From the NCBI GenBank assembly GCA_036172245.1, contig JAYWIR010000018.1, positions 2,108,001-2,172,000 of the forward strand: a stretch of DNA of 64,000 nt, written 5' to 3'. This document shows, one piece after another, positions 1-14,300 of this stretch; within the stretch, counting starts at the first letter, position 1; each line of letters begins with the position of its first letter. The notes beneath the pieces are model-generated. The model was given only the letters and a program-made list of their open reading frames with translations. It was not told the origin of the DNA and ran no database searches. This DNA is from Raillietiella orientalis (lineage: Eukaryota). Both the position numbers and the translations under genes were made by a program.

Positions 1-2315
1 CCGCTTGCATCCTTCCCTCTCACTCCGGACGTTTCACTGATGAGATCAAAGATCCGAAAAGACCGTCCACGCATTCTAGTCAAGCGTTTGTAACCAGCAC
101 TTGCGGGACCATGCTTGTTCATCGAACGGGGTCACCTGCTGCTGGTCAAACTGCATGACTGAAATCACAAGCGCTACTCCAAGAATCCGCGACCATGCAA
201 ACACCCCCCCGCCCCCAGCTAGGAGGATTCCTCGGATGGGACACGCACTGCGTCAGCGTCTGACCGAAACGGCTGGCTGCTTGAGCTCGCAGCGGTTGCC
301 AACTGTCCGCGGGTCAGCTCCTCGATGGCTGCTTCGGTTTAGGTTTACCGGTTGCAAACAAACAAAAACGTGCAAGGACGACAGCGAAATCGGAACAGCT
401 CGAAAGATCACATTCCAAAAAATTCCCGGTTCGGAAAATAGGGATGAAAGAATCGGATTCACTTAAACATGAGCTGAAGGGGGGAGGGGGGAGAAAGGAA
501 GGAAGGAAGGAAAAGAAAATGGCAATGAGACGACGAAACCGGAGTTATTCCTTTGGAGCTGGATGTGTTTTGCCAGTTTTTTTTTTTTTTTTTTCCTTCC
601 TTTTCCTGCCTCCTCTTTTTGTTTGTTTGCTCAATCGTGCAGCAAAAGAAAAAAAGCATAGAGTGAGACCATGCTCGTCTCACCACCAAAGCCATTTACG
701 GAAGCACCACGAAGCAAATCATATTGGACGTGACGTTGATCAAAAGGAGGAGGAGGAAGAAAAGGAAAACAGTTGGAGATTCAGAGATTAGATAAAGCTT
801 CGTAGACTGTCACCTGCAAAAAGATTTCGTAGACGCTGAGAGGACGGAATCGCTCCGGCTACAGCTTGGCGACAGAGTTTCACATGGCACACGTGAAAGA
901 GGTAAATGGGAGGAGTTTTCAAATCGTGCGATCGGCTTTATGGTCGGGTAGTACCTCCCGTTCCGGGAATCGTTCCTGCTTCTACACTTGGGAACTTCAT
1001 ACTATGAAAACGTTAAATATTGAAGACCTCCTAAAACACAGTGAACGGAGGAAACGGCATGGAATCAGACGCGTTTTTGCGTGCCTGGTGAGATTTTCGC
1101 CTTTTTGCGTGCACCGTATGGAACCTCATGGCATTTATGATTTTTTCAGGATTCGCCGCTTCCTGTATTGATCTGCTATTACGGAAACCCCCTCGTCGCT
1201 GTTTTCTGGTGCAGGATGCGATTCTGTGGTCTGACTGGACACGCAGGCATCTTCCCGGGACGGCAGGCGAATGCGAGAAAAAACTCCGCGTGGGAGCGCA
1301 AGCGCGCCCGCGATTCCGCTTTCCGCGTTTGTTTTCTTCGATGCACGTGGATCTCGCAGACCACGTGGAGAACACATTCCCAGCCGAGCGTTCGTTTCGA
1401 AGCAGCTGCCACCAGCTTGACGACGAGACGAAATTGCACCTCCTCTTTGTGTGTGTGTGTGTTTTTTCCCTCCCCTCCTTTTCTCTTTTTTGTTTAACCT
1501 TATTCTTCTGGAAAAAAAACACGGCACAGCAACAAGCAGCGCACCGTTCATCCGTATTCACGTCATCCAGCAGCCACGCCCTCCTTCAGTCACACACACA
1601 CCTGTACGGTACTCACGGAAGCAGCATTCATGCGTATTCAGAACTTGAGCGATCTTGACATCTTACGGTGGATGTTCGAGTGAGGGCAACGCGCCTGCTG
1701 CCACTTTCGTTTTGGCACTCGTTGCGGAAGGGGTTGCTGTTCACCTATAGGATCACCAACCAAACGTAGTCACCCTACTCCTACACGCATCGAGTCCGCG
1801 TGAAAGCAGGCGCGTTTGGCGAGAAACATCTTCCTGACACGGTTTCCGCGCAGTCGCGTATACCCCCTACAGAGGAGGATTGATCCCTTCTGGTCCTGGA
1901 GAAGTGCCATGCTGATCATGCCATCATATGTACTTGGGACATAGGAAATCCCAGCTGATCTCCTTGCTTGGCACATTCCAGTTCCCTCTTCCCGCCAAGT
2001 TCTCCTTACCAGTCACCCACTCAAAAAAACCGGACTTCATATCTTGAATTAAGGAGGCTTTTGTAGACTCGCTGCTTGAATCCTAGTTCGTGCGGCAGAG
2101 GTCAGTAGGTCTCGCCTCCTGGTTCTTCTACTGGCGGCGGCAGGGACACTTTCTTTTTCATGGATTTTTATCGGCTAGGACCCAGTTCGAAGCGCTGAAA
2201 GAGATGCTCCTGGTCCACCTAGACGTCAAAGAACATTCGACAGCGCCTCTGTGCAGCGTTTGGGTCAAACGCGATAGAAAGAGAGGGAGAGGGAGAAAGA
2301 GTAAAGAAAAAACTT

Positions 2316-5300
2316 CTATTTTCCATTTTTCCATTCTTCTCTTTCCAGGCTCTCCGCCAGCTCCGGGCACTCGTTGAAAATTTCCACAAGGAGGGCGTCA
2401 ATGGTTTCCTTGGCGGCGAGTCTTTCGCGTAGTGGCAGCAGCCCGAGAGGCCGTCCAGCAGCCTGCGCTGCAGGCAGCTCCTCGGCATTCCCTTCTCTTT
2501 CCTCTTCTAGGCACTGCAGGAACAGAGGCGCTGCCTCGCGTGTTTTGAGATCCCACACGCGGTATCCGAAGTCCTCACTCTCGATCACGTCCCTGGAAAG
2601 AAGACGGGAGGCTGTCTCGCTCCTCAGGGCGGTTCCCGCTGGTGAGGTGCGGCGAATCTTGGGTGGCGGACCGTCCGGAGAGGCCCACGCCTCTTCGGCC
2701 GGGGGAGGAAGGGCTGCTCGTCGAAAGAGAAAATCGGGAAGGCGGAAGCATGAAGAGCGGCGGTTAAGCGCATGATGGTGTGACTAGTCGCCTTCCTGAA
2801 GAGGGTCGAAAGGGAAGCAGGGAAGGCGGAGGGAAGAGATGAGAGACGCCCCCCCCCCTCCTCCTCTTGTTTCGACCCCTCTCGAACTGGAAATCGTCGG
2901 AGTAGGAGGACAGCCGAGAGGTGACCGGATGTTTCGGGAGCTCTCGGATCCCGCAGCCGCGAGTCGGCGCGGAATGATCGCTCCGGGGCGAAGCTCGAGG
3001 AAGACTGCGGGAGCGCCTTCTCGACATGGTCGCCTATCGTCTCGCGGATGATGGCAGGAATGGGAGGTCGATAAGAAAGGAGGGGAGGTTTCTGAACGGA
3101 GGGTCAGCAACTGGAGCATCCGTCCCAGGCAAGCCGGTGCAAGAGGTCATCTCGTGCGGGGAAGTCCGCGGTCCACAGCCGAGACTCCATTTGCGCGGTC
3201 ATCATTCGAAGGACCACTCCGGCTACAGGAGGGCTGGAGAACAGGCTCCAGAGGCAGGGATAGAGTTTCGAAGGGTGGACGGGGAACTGGGGTGGGAACC
3301 AGAGGGTTGCCAATGCCCGGGATCCATTTTCTCTTGACCAGGAGGGGACGGACGATGGTTGAAAAGTGCCGGAGACTTCTGCACAGCTGGTGATGGCGCC
3401 ATCAGGATCGCGATTTCTCTTCCAGTCCGGAAGCAAGCAGCGAAGCTCTCCAGAGTCATGAACCCTTCTTCTCCTAGCCTCTCCAAGGACCGATGGCACT
3501 GCGCGTGAAGCAAAGGACTTCCTCCTCCTCCTCTCGTTCCGAGATGCGGTCCGGAGTCGCCACCCCAAACTCCTACGGGCTTCCTCCTCCTCCACCTGCC
3601 GGGCGCCGGAGAGGAAGAACGAATGTGCGGGAGGGAAGGAAGGGGGAGTGGGAATGGGGGAATAGGAAAAAGAAGAAGTAGAGGAAGTGTGTAGAGCGGA
3701 GAACACAGAAAATCCCGCCCTCCAGTCACCTCAGGAGCTTCGCCATGCACAGCCTGGCGTTCTCGAGATCGACGGGCAGGCTCGGGAAAAGCGACCCGCC
3801 TGCCTCGTCTCGGTTCTCGTCCGTCTTCGCGGTCGTGCCTTCTCTTTGTGGACTTTCCTTGCGACGACATTTCCGTGAAGCTGACCATCGCCGCAGACTC
3901 TCTCGTTACCTGTGCCCGCTGGTCTTCCGGTGAAATCCACAGATCCTCAGGGAGCAGGAGGTGTCTTCTGATATCATCGTGGCCAAAGACGTCGAGCTGA
4001 CTCGTCACTGCCGATACCATCACGACTTGGCAGAGGGGACGAGGTCTCTTTGGAGGTGGCGAAAGTGTGGCTTCCTGATTTCCCGAAGAATTATGACATG
4101 CAGAAAACTGAGAGGGCGAGTATCGGACGGCGCTAGGCCAAGCATCCCATTTTCTCCTCCCTTCCCCGTTTTCTAGTGGCTGCTGCCCAGAAGCACCGAA
4201 GAACTCCCCCCTCACCTCCTCCCACGGATGTCCGCTGCACTGCAGCCGCGTCATCCAGAAAGGAGCTGCGGAGAAAGTGCGCGGGGGAAACGGAGAGCCG
4301 AGAAATACGCGCGCACCTGCATCCCGCCCTTCTCTGCCCGCACCAGACTGCAGCACACTCGTGACGCGTCCGGACCCGACCCGCACGCAGCCTGGCGAGC
4401 CATCTTTTCTTGTAGCGGCCCCGTGCCGCAGGTCAAGACAGCCACCTTCCCGAGCTAGCCAATCGCCACGTTTGCTGTGTTGCCACTCTTGCCGGAGCCA
4501 AGCGGCAAGCTTACCGCGCCGCGTTCACACGAGGCGACGAGGACACCCTGTTTCCCTCCGAGATCGAAAGAGACCCGCGAATGTGGCAGCGGCTCAGAGA
4601 AGCTGCATCCTCAGTGGAGCGTTCGGCATTGTCAGTGATTAGCGAGGGACGGCAGACGACAGCAGCTGCTATGATGCTTGCGTCTCAGCTCAGCGGTATC
4701 ATGCAAATAAATGACGCACGCAGTATGGCGCGAATGAATGACGCATTCTGTTGACTCCCCAAGGAGAGCCAGAACCAGTCGCCTTCAACTGGTCCATCCT
4801 TGGAGGCGAGCGCATGCTCCGGGAGGGAAGAGGAAAGAGCACTCAGTCCACGGAGACAAGGAATCACTTCCGAACTTCGCAGTGAAAGGGATGCTTGAAT
4901 CCCACGTTGATGCTGCTGCGCTTCCTGAACTCTCTCCCGAGACACCCTCTGCTGCCTGTCTGGCGCAGCATCTTTCTTCAGAGCAGGGATTGAGTCCCTT
5001 CGGCGACCCTCGGCTGGAGATTCTTGTGTTTCTCGCGGGACTTCTCAAGTTGCGGTTCGGGATTCTTTGCTTGGGAGTTCCTCTGAAGCGAAGTGGAGGC
5101 GTGGGTGTCCGTCGGGGAAAGAAGGGGATGGACAGGATACGAAGAGCGAGTGACCGACCTTCTGAGCAGGCTGGACTTGACCCTCTCCGTCTTCCCCTTC
5201 CCGAAGTGGCAGCTTTTGTTGCATCCACCAAGAACCCCGTGATGGGCATCGGGAAGTGGAGGCTCCGAAGGACATCTAATGCGAAGGGAGTGGAGCTGCT

Positions 5301-8300
5301 GTGGAGGGATCGGGAGCTCAAGGTTCCTTCCGCCGCTGCGGGCTCTCCCCTGCTCGCTTCCCCTCGCTGAGAGGTCGCGGAAGTGCCGCACGAATTCTTC
5401 CTCCGCTCTTCCAGGTCGACTTCCTGGAACTCCCTACTCCGGCAGCGCGAGAGCAGAGTGGCCGAGCGCGCGCATCCTCCGTCGCTTTCATCCCCTTCCG
5501 TTCCCAGCCTCCTTGCCCCCTGTACCTTGCTCCTCATCGGCAGCGGCGGCGGCAAGTCAGAGAGGAGCACTTGGACCTGGAGTGCATCCTGAATCCGGAT
5601 CCATTCCTCTTTCGCTCGCTCGTAAGCGGCGATTCTGGAGCAGTCTGTGATCTCCAGACAGACGTCCACCTCCAGGAGTTCGGATATGGCGCCGGCAGTC
5701 AGAGTCATCCTGCAGAAGGTCTTGTCTCCAGGAGACAGCAGGAACTCCGCAGGGAACACCTCGATACTGTGGTGCTGGAGGTTCTCCAGAAGTCTCCAGG
5801 AGAAGAAGCTGCTTCTTCCGTGTTCCGGGTTCACCACGTGGATGAGCCTCGAGCTGGTGGATCGGATAGGAACCGTTCCGAAAGACACGCAGACCTCAGG
5901 GAGGAACAAGAGGCTCGATGAAAGGTGAGTCTCCGGATCCCAGGGAGGCCTCTCCTGAAGGTCGCGGCGCGTGACGGAACTCGGGGGCCCGCAGGCTGTG
6001 CCACACCCAACCAGGGTGATGTCCGTTTCCCGTCCGGTATCCTCGACCACCGTGATCTCGGCCTGTACAGAATGGAACAGTGTCGCCGGTCATCTCCAGC
6101 TTCCCTCCCCCTCCTTTTCTCCCTCCCTTCGGTGGCTCACCTGGTAGGTCTTGCATTCGATGGGCCAGAACCGGAACTTGACGCTGGCGTAGGACGCGGG
6201 GCCCACAGTCCCGCAGCTCTCCATACAGATCATCACGTCATGTCCGTAGTTCTCGGCCCGTAGCCTTTCCAGGTCCTGCGTGAGCAGCCGGTAGCTGACC
6301 TCCTCCACACCATAGTTGTACAGATGGATGGCCTGTCCCGAAGAGGAATAGGTCACGGAAACGTGTCGAGGGGGTCAGCCAGCCGTCCCCAGATCACCTG
6401 CCAGGGCATTTCCGTCTCCCCAATGAACACCGGGGTGAACGCGTGCTGCCGGGGTCCGCAGTCCAGGCCGCCGCCACCGCCACCCGCGTCCTTCACCAGC
6501 GCGCGGGCGGCACGAGATTCCCCGAGTCTCAGCTCCACCGGAAGCTCCAGAGCGCCCGCCTCGTCGTTCTGGCAGCTGATGCGGACCTCCGCGGTCTCCC
6601 AGGGCTGCAGAGGTAAGAGGGGTAACTGCTGGTGCCAAGACGGACAACCCCGCAACCCTTGCGAAAGCGAATTTCCTGGGGAGCACCACCGCGGCGGTCG
6701 CTGTTCCTGCCACGCCGAAGCTGTCACTAGGTTGCGGAGGTCTTCGATGCTGGCGATGTGTCTATAGCCGCTGCCGTTCCTCTCGCCGCGAGGTAGAGCG
6801 CGTGTCTTCAAGGCGGAGGCATCTCCCGAAAAAACACTCGTCCGCACCATAGTTGACCGACCCCGGGACCGCGAGGCGGGAGAGCCATCCTCCTTTCTAG
6901 GTTCCCTTCCGCCCCCCCTCTCTCCTCTCTCCCTCTCTCGGGAACCTGTCTGGTCTTCTGTCCCCTTTCTGCTGTTAGGGAAAAGGGGGAGGAGGAAAAC
7001 AGCCGACCAATGGCGCCATACGAGGAGCCTCCGTGCCATCACTCTTGAAGGCTGTCGGTCAGCCTCGTGCAGCAGCGCACACTCACCAACAAGAGTCCTC
7101 TAGCAGGGGACACCGAGGCACGAGGTTGCCTCTTTCGTCGGATGCCGCGGGCGTCTTTTGCGCAGCCGCCGCAAAGCTCCGAGAGCCCCACAATCTCCCA
7201 CGGCGCCGGAACGGGAGAGGTGTTTTTAAGCTGAAGAGTCAACTGGACACGGTCCACTCGGTCCCCAGAAGACCTCAGGGATGGGAGAGCCATCAGGACG
7301 GGCGACTCTGTTGGCGGAGGAGGAGGAGCCGCGCGGAGGCGCTCGTTGAGCCTGGAAACAGCGACGTGGTAGCAAGGAGAGGACGGACTTTCCCGGAACT
7401 CGAGGGATCCCTGGCGCAGGGGAAGGATACACGACCTCTGTTCCCCTCCTTTCCCTTTTTCCCCTATTTTCAGTGGAAGGGGGGGATCCTCATCTCTCCC
7501 TTCTCGGCCTGTGAAGGGGAGAGGACGGAGAGGGGAGGAAAAGCTCGCGGGATGCGGGTTGGAAGGGTCTCTCTCTCTCTCTTCGGGGTTTCTCCTCTTC
7601 TCACTCCACTCCACCCCTGAGGATCCCTCCCTTCTCAGTCGGCAGCATCAGCCAAAGCCTTTCATCAGCACCCGCTTTCTCCTGCCTACGGGTAAGGAGG
7701 GAATCCGGAAACGCGGGTGGGTGCGACGGGCGATCAGAGGAAAAGCGTTCCGAATTCAAGAGGGGGTGAGAAAGAAAAGGCGGAAAGGGACAGTCACCTA
7801 CTGGGAAATGTTGAGGATCCTGCAAATCCTTCTGGGGCTGGTCCAGCACGAAAGAGGTCGATCTAACGCCAGGCCACTAATGAGCAGCGTCGGCGTTCCG
7901 GGGGGAACTTCCGGGCAGACCGGCAGCGGGGGAAGCTGGAAGAAGGAAGAGAGGGCGGCGAGCTTTTCTTGTCCTCCTGCCCCTCTCCATGCTACCCTTT
8001 TCTCTTCACCCCTTGGGCGTTCTCTGCCCCCCCGCTCCAGGTCTCCCGAGCGGTAAGAGGAAGGAGCTCTCCCGGACGGGCCACCAAGATCACACCTGCA
8101 TGATCTCGCCGGAAAGAGGCAGGAAGGGGAAAGGGAGCTTGGCGGCTCCTCTTCCCCTTCCTCTAGAGATGAGAACGAAGGTCGAGGGAGCAGCAGAGGG
8201 AGCTTGCGGGGGTAGATCCCTCTGCATCGGGTGGGAGTGGTGGACGCACCTCTTCACCTACAGGTGGCTCTGATGGCTGCAGCGGCGGTGCTGATCCTCT

Positions 8301-11300
8301 TCGGCCCTCCTCCGGGTCCGGCGCCGTCCACGCCAGGAGTTTTAGGACAAGCGCGTGATCGGCGTGAGAGTTGAGGATGACCTCGCACTTCGCCGAGGAC
8401 TCCCTGTGGACTTTCGCTCCGGGAGAGGGGTGGAAGCGCGCCACAAGAAGGCAGAAGCTGGACTTGAGGACCCCCGCGAGGGGTCGCATCTCGAACTCTC
8501 TGCGAGAAGAAAAGGGGCAGCAGGGGAGGGTACGTCACGTTCCTCTCCGGTCGCCCTACTCACTTCTGAGGACGTCCTTCGCGAGCCCCCATCCGGCAGT
8601 GAAAGTGGCGCAGGTGGCGGTGGCGCCCGCTGTCGCCGTCTTCAGCGACGAGCAGCAGCACAGTGCAGAAGGAGGCGCCTCCTACGGGGGGCGGGAAGCG
8701 CACGCAGGCTGGGTCGAGTCGGCACGCCGGCAGGAAGGCCTCCTTGTCTGGCGCGTAGGTGTGACCTGTGGGGGGTGGAGGGATGCTGGGGTAGGAGGAA
8801 GAGGAAGGAAGGAAAGGTGCCTTCCGGAAGGGAGGGAAACTCCGAGCTGATGCAGCCACCAGCGTCCCCTCCCCCAGAAAGTAGTCCCCTTCCGATGCCT
8901 GCGGCCTTCACTCCTCTCCTGTCCCTCCTCTACAGAGGAAGTGAATCCTCCTCGTGGGGAGCATCCGTCCCGGACGACCAGCAACGGACCGTGAAGGCGG
9001 TGTTCCCAGCATGGCTCTCGTCGCGGGAGAGCAGTGGGGGCAGGAACCCTCCTTCTGATTCGGAGAGTCTTAAGGGACTTTCTTAGCTGGCTTTGTAGGA
9101 CCAGGTCCTCTACTCCTCCGGAGGTTCCCTCCCTTCCCCCTTCCCACCTCTCTCTCTCTGCTCAGCCCTTCCCCTGCTTCCCAGCCGTTCCTCCCTCCCT
9201 GCCTCCTTTTGCTACCCACTAGCGGCGGGACGATGGCGACTCTCTGTCTCTCGACAGTTGCGGACAGCAAGCAGAGAGGAGGGACGCCGAAGGGATCTCT
9301 CTGTGTCCAGGGAACAGCTCGCGAAGGGGGATGGGGAGAAAGGCAGCGCGCGGCCAAGTTGCGAGAGGGGGGAAGAAAAGAATCAGAGGTAGGAGGCGGC
9401 TGCTTGGAAGGAGGGATCACTGATTGTAGGAGCGACCGGCTGGGCGCTCGCTCCGGGCGCGCTGGGTCTCGGCAAAGGCGAGTTGCGCCCAAGAAGAGAG
9501 GGAAGACCCGGAGACGCTATCGGCTCACAGCATCCCCTCCTCCTACGCCTGGAGAAGGCGTACTGCTCGCAGGGAGGTGAGGGAGAGGGAGGGAACCGCA
9601 ACGGGATGGCAAGGGGAGCCAACCATGCGCCGCTCACTGGTCGTCTCTCTGGGTGGTGGCGAGCCGGGAAAGAGGCGACATGCACCTGCACCCACTTAGC
9701 CTCCTTCCTCCCCCACCCTCGTTCCCGCTCCAGAGAGATTGCTGCACTTGCGCAGTCTTCCTCAGGGAAGGGAAGATGCTTCCTCTCTCTTTCTCTGCAG
9801 GGAGGAACATCCGAACGATCGATAGCTCCCTCTCTCCTCCCTCCGTCTCCGAGGCTTGCAGGAAGGAGCGTTTGCAAAGAGGAAAGTCATCCCGGATCTC
9901 CTGTTCGTCCCGGGAGGATCCGCCCCCTTCCCTTCTCATTGCCGGGTAGATGCCAGCGTTCTTGTCCCTTAGAAGAGGAGAGGGTCCTGGTCTCCTGCCT
10001 CCTGAAGCATCAGCGGGCGACGAGGCAGAGGCGCTCTGCACTCCAGAGAGTGAGGGTTGGGGAGAAGGCCAGAAGTGGCCAGCCGGGAGAGGTGGAGCTA
10101 GCCGATTTTCTACCCGGGAAAAGCACGGGATATCTGGCCCACTCCAAGCCTGCACAACTCCCGCAGCAGCCCCATCCTGAGACGACCTCTCCGTGATTTC
10201 CCAAATCCCATCCTTCCTCCTTTTCGGGAAGCGTGCGTCTCCCTTATCTCCCCTGCGTCTCCCGAAGACGGGCGAGGAGGGTGAGGAGGAGCCTCCGGCG
10301 GAATGAACCGACGGGAAGGAGGAAGAGGAGGTGGCGGACCTGCCCTTCTGCTACCTGCGCCCTTCTTTTCCTCTTCTTCCTCTCCCTCCGCTCTTTCTGA
10401 AACCTCTTTACGAAGGACGGGTTGGGCGGAGGGAGCCGTCTCCTCTACCTCCTCCTCCCCGCTCCTCCTGAACTTTCTGCCTCTTTTTTTTCGCTCCCCC
10501 GCCAAGTACCCTGCCCGACCCTCGCCAAGCAGTTCGCGGAACAGCAGCCTTCGGGAAACCGATCGACTCGGCACGGGCGGTTACCCAGGAGAGGGATCGG
10601 AATGCAGCCGATGCATCTGCTTCCTTCTTGCGTCTCGTACAGGAAGGATTCCACCTCCGCTCCAAAGAGGGAGTCCGTGACATCCGGGACGAAGGAGATG
10701 TTCACTGCTCCCTTGGATCCCGGAGATACGCTGATAGACGTGGGACATACGAGGAAGTGCTGACCTGAGCCTGGAGGCAGAGAGACTGGGTGCGAACCCT
10801 CTTCCTCCTCCTCCCTCGAGGGGGAGATTCCCCGCACCGTGGACCCTTCCGTGCCGCCCTCGCAGGGCATCGCGGGGTCAGACACCCGCCGCGGGCGCAG
10901 CCTACGATCGCGACGGATCCTTCGCTTCTCGGGAGGGGTCCTCCCCTCCCTCCAAGGAGATCGGCAGGCCTTTTGGCACGAGCGCAGTGCATTCCCGGCT
11001 CCGGTCGCTTCCTCTCTTTCCGCTGCTCCGGAGTCCGCGCGCGTGCGCGTGCGAGCGCTTTGTCCTCCCAGTTGATGTGCAGAAGCGGCACACACAGCGC
11101 GCACTAGCGCGCACCCCCAGGGGCTAACGAGCTCGCTCTCTCTGCTCCCGCGCGCAGCGCTGTCATCTCCTCCCACCTCGAGTTTGAGGAAATTACGTCC
11201 TCGTGGAAACAACGCCTTACCTACGGGGAACCATCTCCAGGTCACCGCACGTGATCCCCAGTTTCTGAGCTCGATGGATTTGGAAGGGTTCCCATGTCCC

Positions 11301-14300
11301 ACGAGGCAGAAGCCGAAATCCACCCATCTGGGGATGACCTCTATCAGGAACCGCTCCTCTGCTTGCAGGGGGGCTCCCTGCTGAGCCATGTATTCAGACC
11401 ACTCGGGTTTTTGAGGAGGAGGAAGGTCGGGACGGCGACCTGGCTGCTGCTGGCTGGTTCTCGCGAGCAACCGTTGCGGAGGCTCCGTGGCACTCCCAGC
11501 GGCATCCGGACCGGAAGTTCTCGATCCCTCGTCCCCTGGGAAGGTTCCGAGGACATCATCGCAAGAAGGGTCCCGACAGGAAGCGGACAGGGTGATGTGG
11601 AAGACGCCCTACGGATGCGAGTATTCGAGCACCTGCGTCCTCAGGAGGTGCACCTGAAGCCAGGCATCTTGCGCCACCCATAATCAGCCCAGGAACGGAT
11701 CTGCACGCGCTGGGGGGGAGGGGGAGAAGGGGTAGCAATTTTCGCGTTCTACAAGGCGGAAATGGGGGGGGGGGGCTTGAGGACTACCTCGAAGTACCCC
11801 GTTTTACAGCACCGGACATTCCCGACGTGATGAGGAAGGGAACAGGAGGATGCAGAGAGAGCCTCTCGCGCCCCTAGAATCCAATATGATAAAGAGGCAG
11901 TCGAAAGGCATGCCCGTCTGAAGAAGAGGGGGTCATGCACCCCCTCCGATCCCACAGAAAAGATTCTGCAGACTCTTCCCGCCGACCTGCACCGCAAGGC
12001 CGCGTGGGCATCATCGATCGGACAGTGCATAGAGAGACCGGGAAACCAAGCCAAAGCCCAGACGAGGAGTAGGGCTCCTGGAGACGGAGGGAGAAGAAAT
12101 GCACTGCAGCAGCGCACAGCAACATCCGGTTTGCGATTCTTTTTGGTGTATGTTTCTGTGGATCACTTTCTTTTGAAGGCGTGGCTCCAGGATGCTACCA
12201 TGACCCTTCGAGAGCCGACTCTCTCTTGGCCAGGAAATGCGGGAGGCGACGGACTGGCTGCTTGTGCATCCTCACCCAAGTTGCCCTTCGAATCGACCCG
12301 CTCCCGTGCGCTCAAAGCTCCGGGCGACTCGGCTGAGCGATCGAATCTGGTTCCGAGTCCTTGAAAATCCGAAAAGCGCGCGCTTGTGGAACTCGCGGGG
12401 CCAGGGTTGGCGGCAGTTGGAGAGAGGAAGCTCTGGAGAAGAGACAAGAGGCCAAGAACCGGAACAGCGCGATGATCGATGACGGAAGCACATCCGCCTC
12501 CCCTGGATCCCCCTACCTTTTCTGGGTGTCCGATAGGTTTCGGGAAAAAAGAGCGGCACAGAAGTGGCTTAAGCAGGATGATTGCTCCCTATCCTCGAAC
12601 AGTGGCTGGAGGAGGTCGAATCTCGAGCGGAAATGGCGAACGAGAGAGCCAGTTTCACATGAGGTCCTTGAGTCGCGGGGGAGGGCGGGACATCCTGCAG
12701 GAGCGGCATTGCAGGACACAACTTCCCTACGTTCTTGCCAGCTGTTTTCCTCTCCAACTTTCCTATTTCGCAGATTTCGTGCAGGCGGGTCTGGCGGCCC
12801 TCACCCTAGCTGATGGTTTCCGGCTTTTCGGCGCACTAATGGGGATCCCCATCTAAATGGGGTGCGGAACGCGAGCCTCCCATTTCTTCTCCTTGGACGC
12901 ACTCAGTGCTGATTTCCTTACGGTGCGCGCGTGCAAGGCCCATTCGCACGCGCCCCGACTGGTGGAGGAGCAGAAAGAGGGTGCATTTCTTTTCACGGGC
13001 GAAAGAGCGAAAGAGTGATGGAATCGTGCCGCTCCCCTCCCGCGAAGGGAGGCCCTGCCGAAAGCTGCGTGCAGTGTCAAATGCATAGGCAAGCTCGGAA
13101 GCTTTGGGGGAACGAACTTCCTGGAGGAATGTCACCTGGTTGTGCACGATGAGCGGCAGCTTCCTTGTGAAGTTCCCCGTGTACAGCCCTGCGAACGTCA
13201 GCGACACCTTGGTACTCTTTCCTGGACCCACGGAACCGCAGACGGGATCGACGCGGAACAGGCTGTAGTCATTATCTGTTTGGAACTGAAACTGGGCTGC
13301 GCAGATCTCTGATGCGTTGTACAGTCTGGCCTTCTTCTTCGGAAAAGATCCGCGTAGCGCTTCGTAGTGGAATTCCTTCTCCTCGATGACAAGCGAAGGA
13401 CCTGGAAATCGGTCGCGGGTAAGGACGTGTCGAATGTCGTGAAGTTTCCATGCCCACGCCCACAGTTCGGGCAACATCGTCCATCGGTCGCGCGCGAGGC
13501 AGAGAGGAGCAAGTCTGTGATTGCAAAGTTGGGGAACCAGGAAAGCGGAGAGCACGCGTCGACGAAAATCTTCGCGGCCGGTCCACGTTTTTCTGTTTTT
13601 TCCGGAGGGAGCCGGGAATGGAGCACTCACAAGTCCCAAGCAGTTTCGGAGGGTTGTTCCCCGTCCTAAGCACCCCGAAAAGATCGAGACAGCGCATAAG
13701 TTCACTGGAAGCGCGAAGGAATGAAAGACCAGCGAACGATGGCAAGACCCTCCTTATGAGGTGCACTGTGGGGTTATCGATCAGGTGACCCCATCACAAC
13801 TGGAAAACGCGAAAGATCGGTAGAAATTCTGAGTTACTGAGGATGAATCGTTTAGAGCATGGGACCCCGCAAGCCACGTCTGCTCCACCATCTTTCCTTT
13901 GTGAAGGCCACTCGCTGCACGCTGAGGCTTTGGTTTCTGTCGTGATTCCTCATCTAGTCCTGTTTCCTCCACAGTGGAAGCAGCAGCAGTTCCAGTTTAG
14001 GTCCCACCAGATCCCATCCCAACAACAAATTGTCGAATGACGAGTTGAGTTCCCTTGGGAGAGTATGAAACCCAAGCAGGAAAGACCGCTTCCTCGCTCT
14101 TCTTTTTCTTCTCATGCTCCACAAGCGTGAAGGGAGGAGGGAGGGACGTGGAAATGAGAGAAGAGAACGCGACTTCACGCTGGCGTCACTGAACGGGCGT
14201 ACGAATGGCTCTGGTTGGCAACTTGTCGACTGCTTAACCCCTCCGAGTCCTGTTCCTGTGATTGTGCGCGAAGATGCACCTCGATGCCTGGCAGTAGAGG

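Noticed and set aside
1..1730. Minus-strand donor-like sites (~136, ~1615) suggesting the 5' end of a gene leaving the window
   Set aside because: No consistent reading frame or recognisable protein could be assembled.
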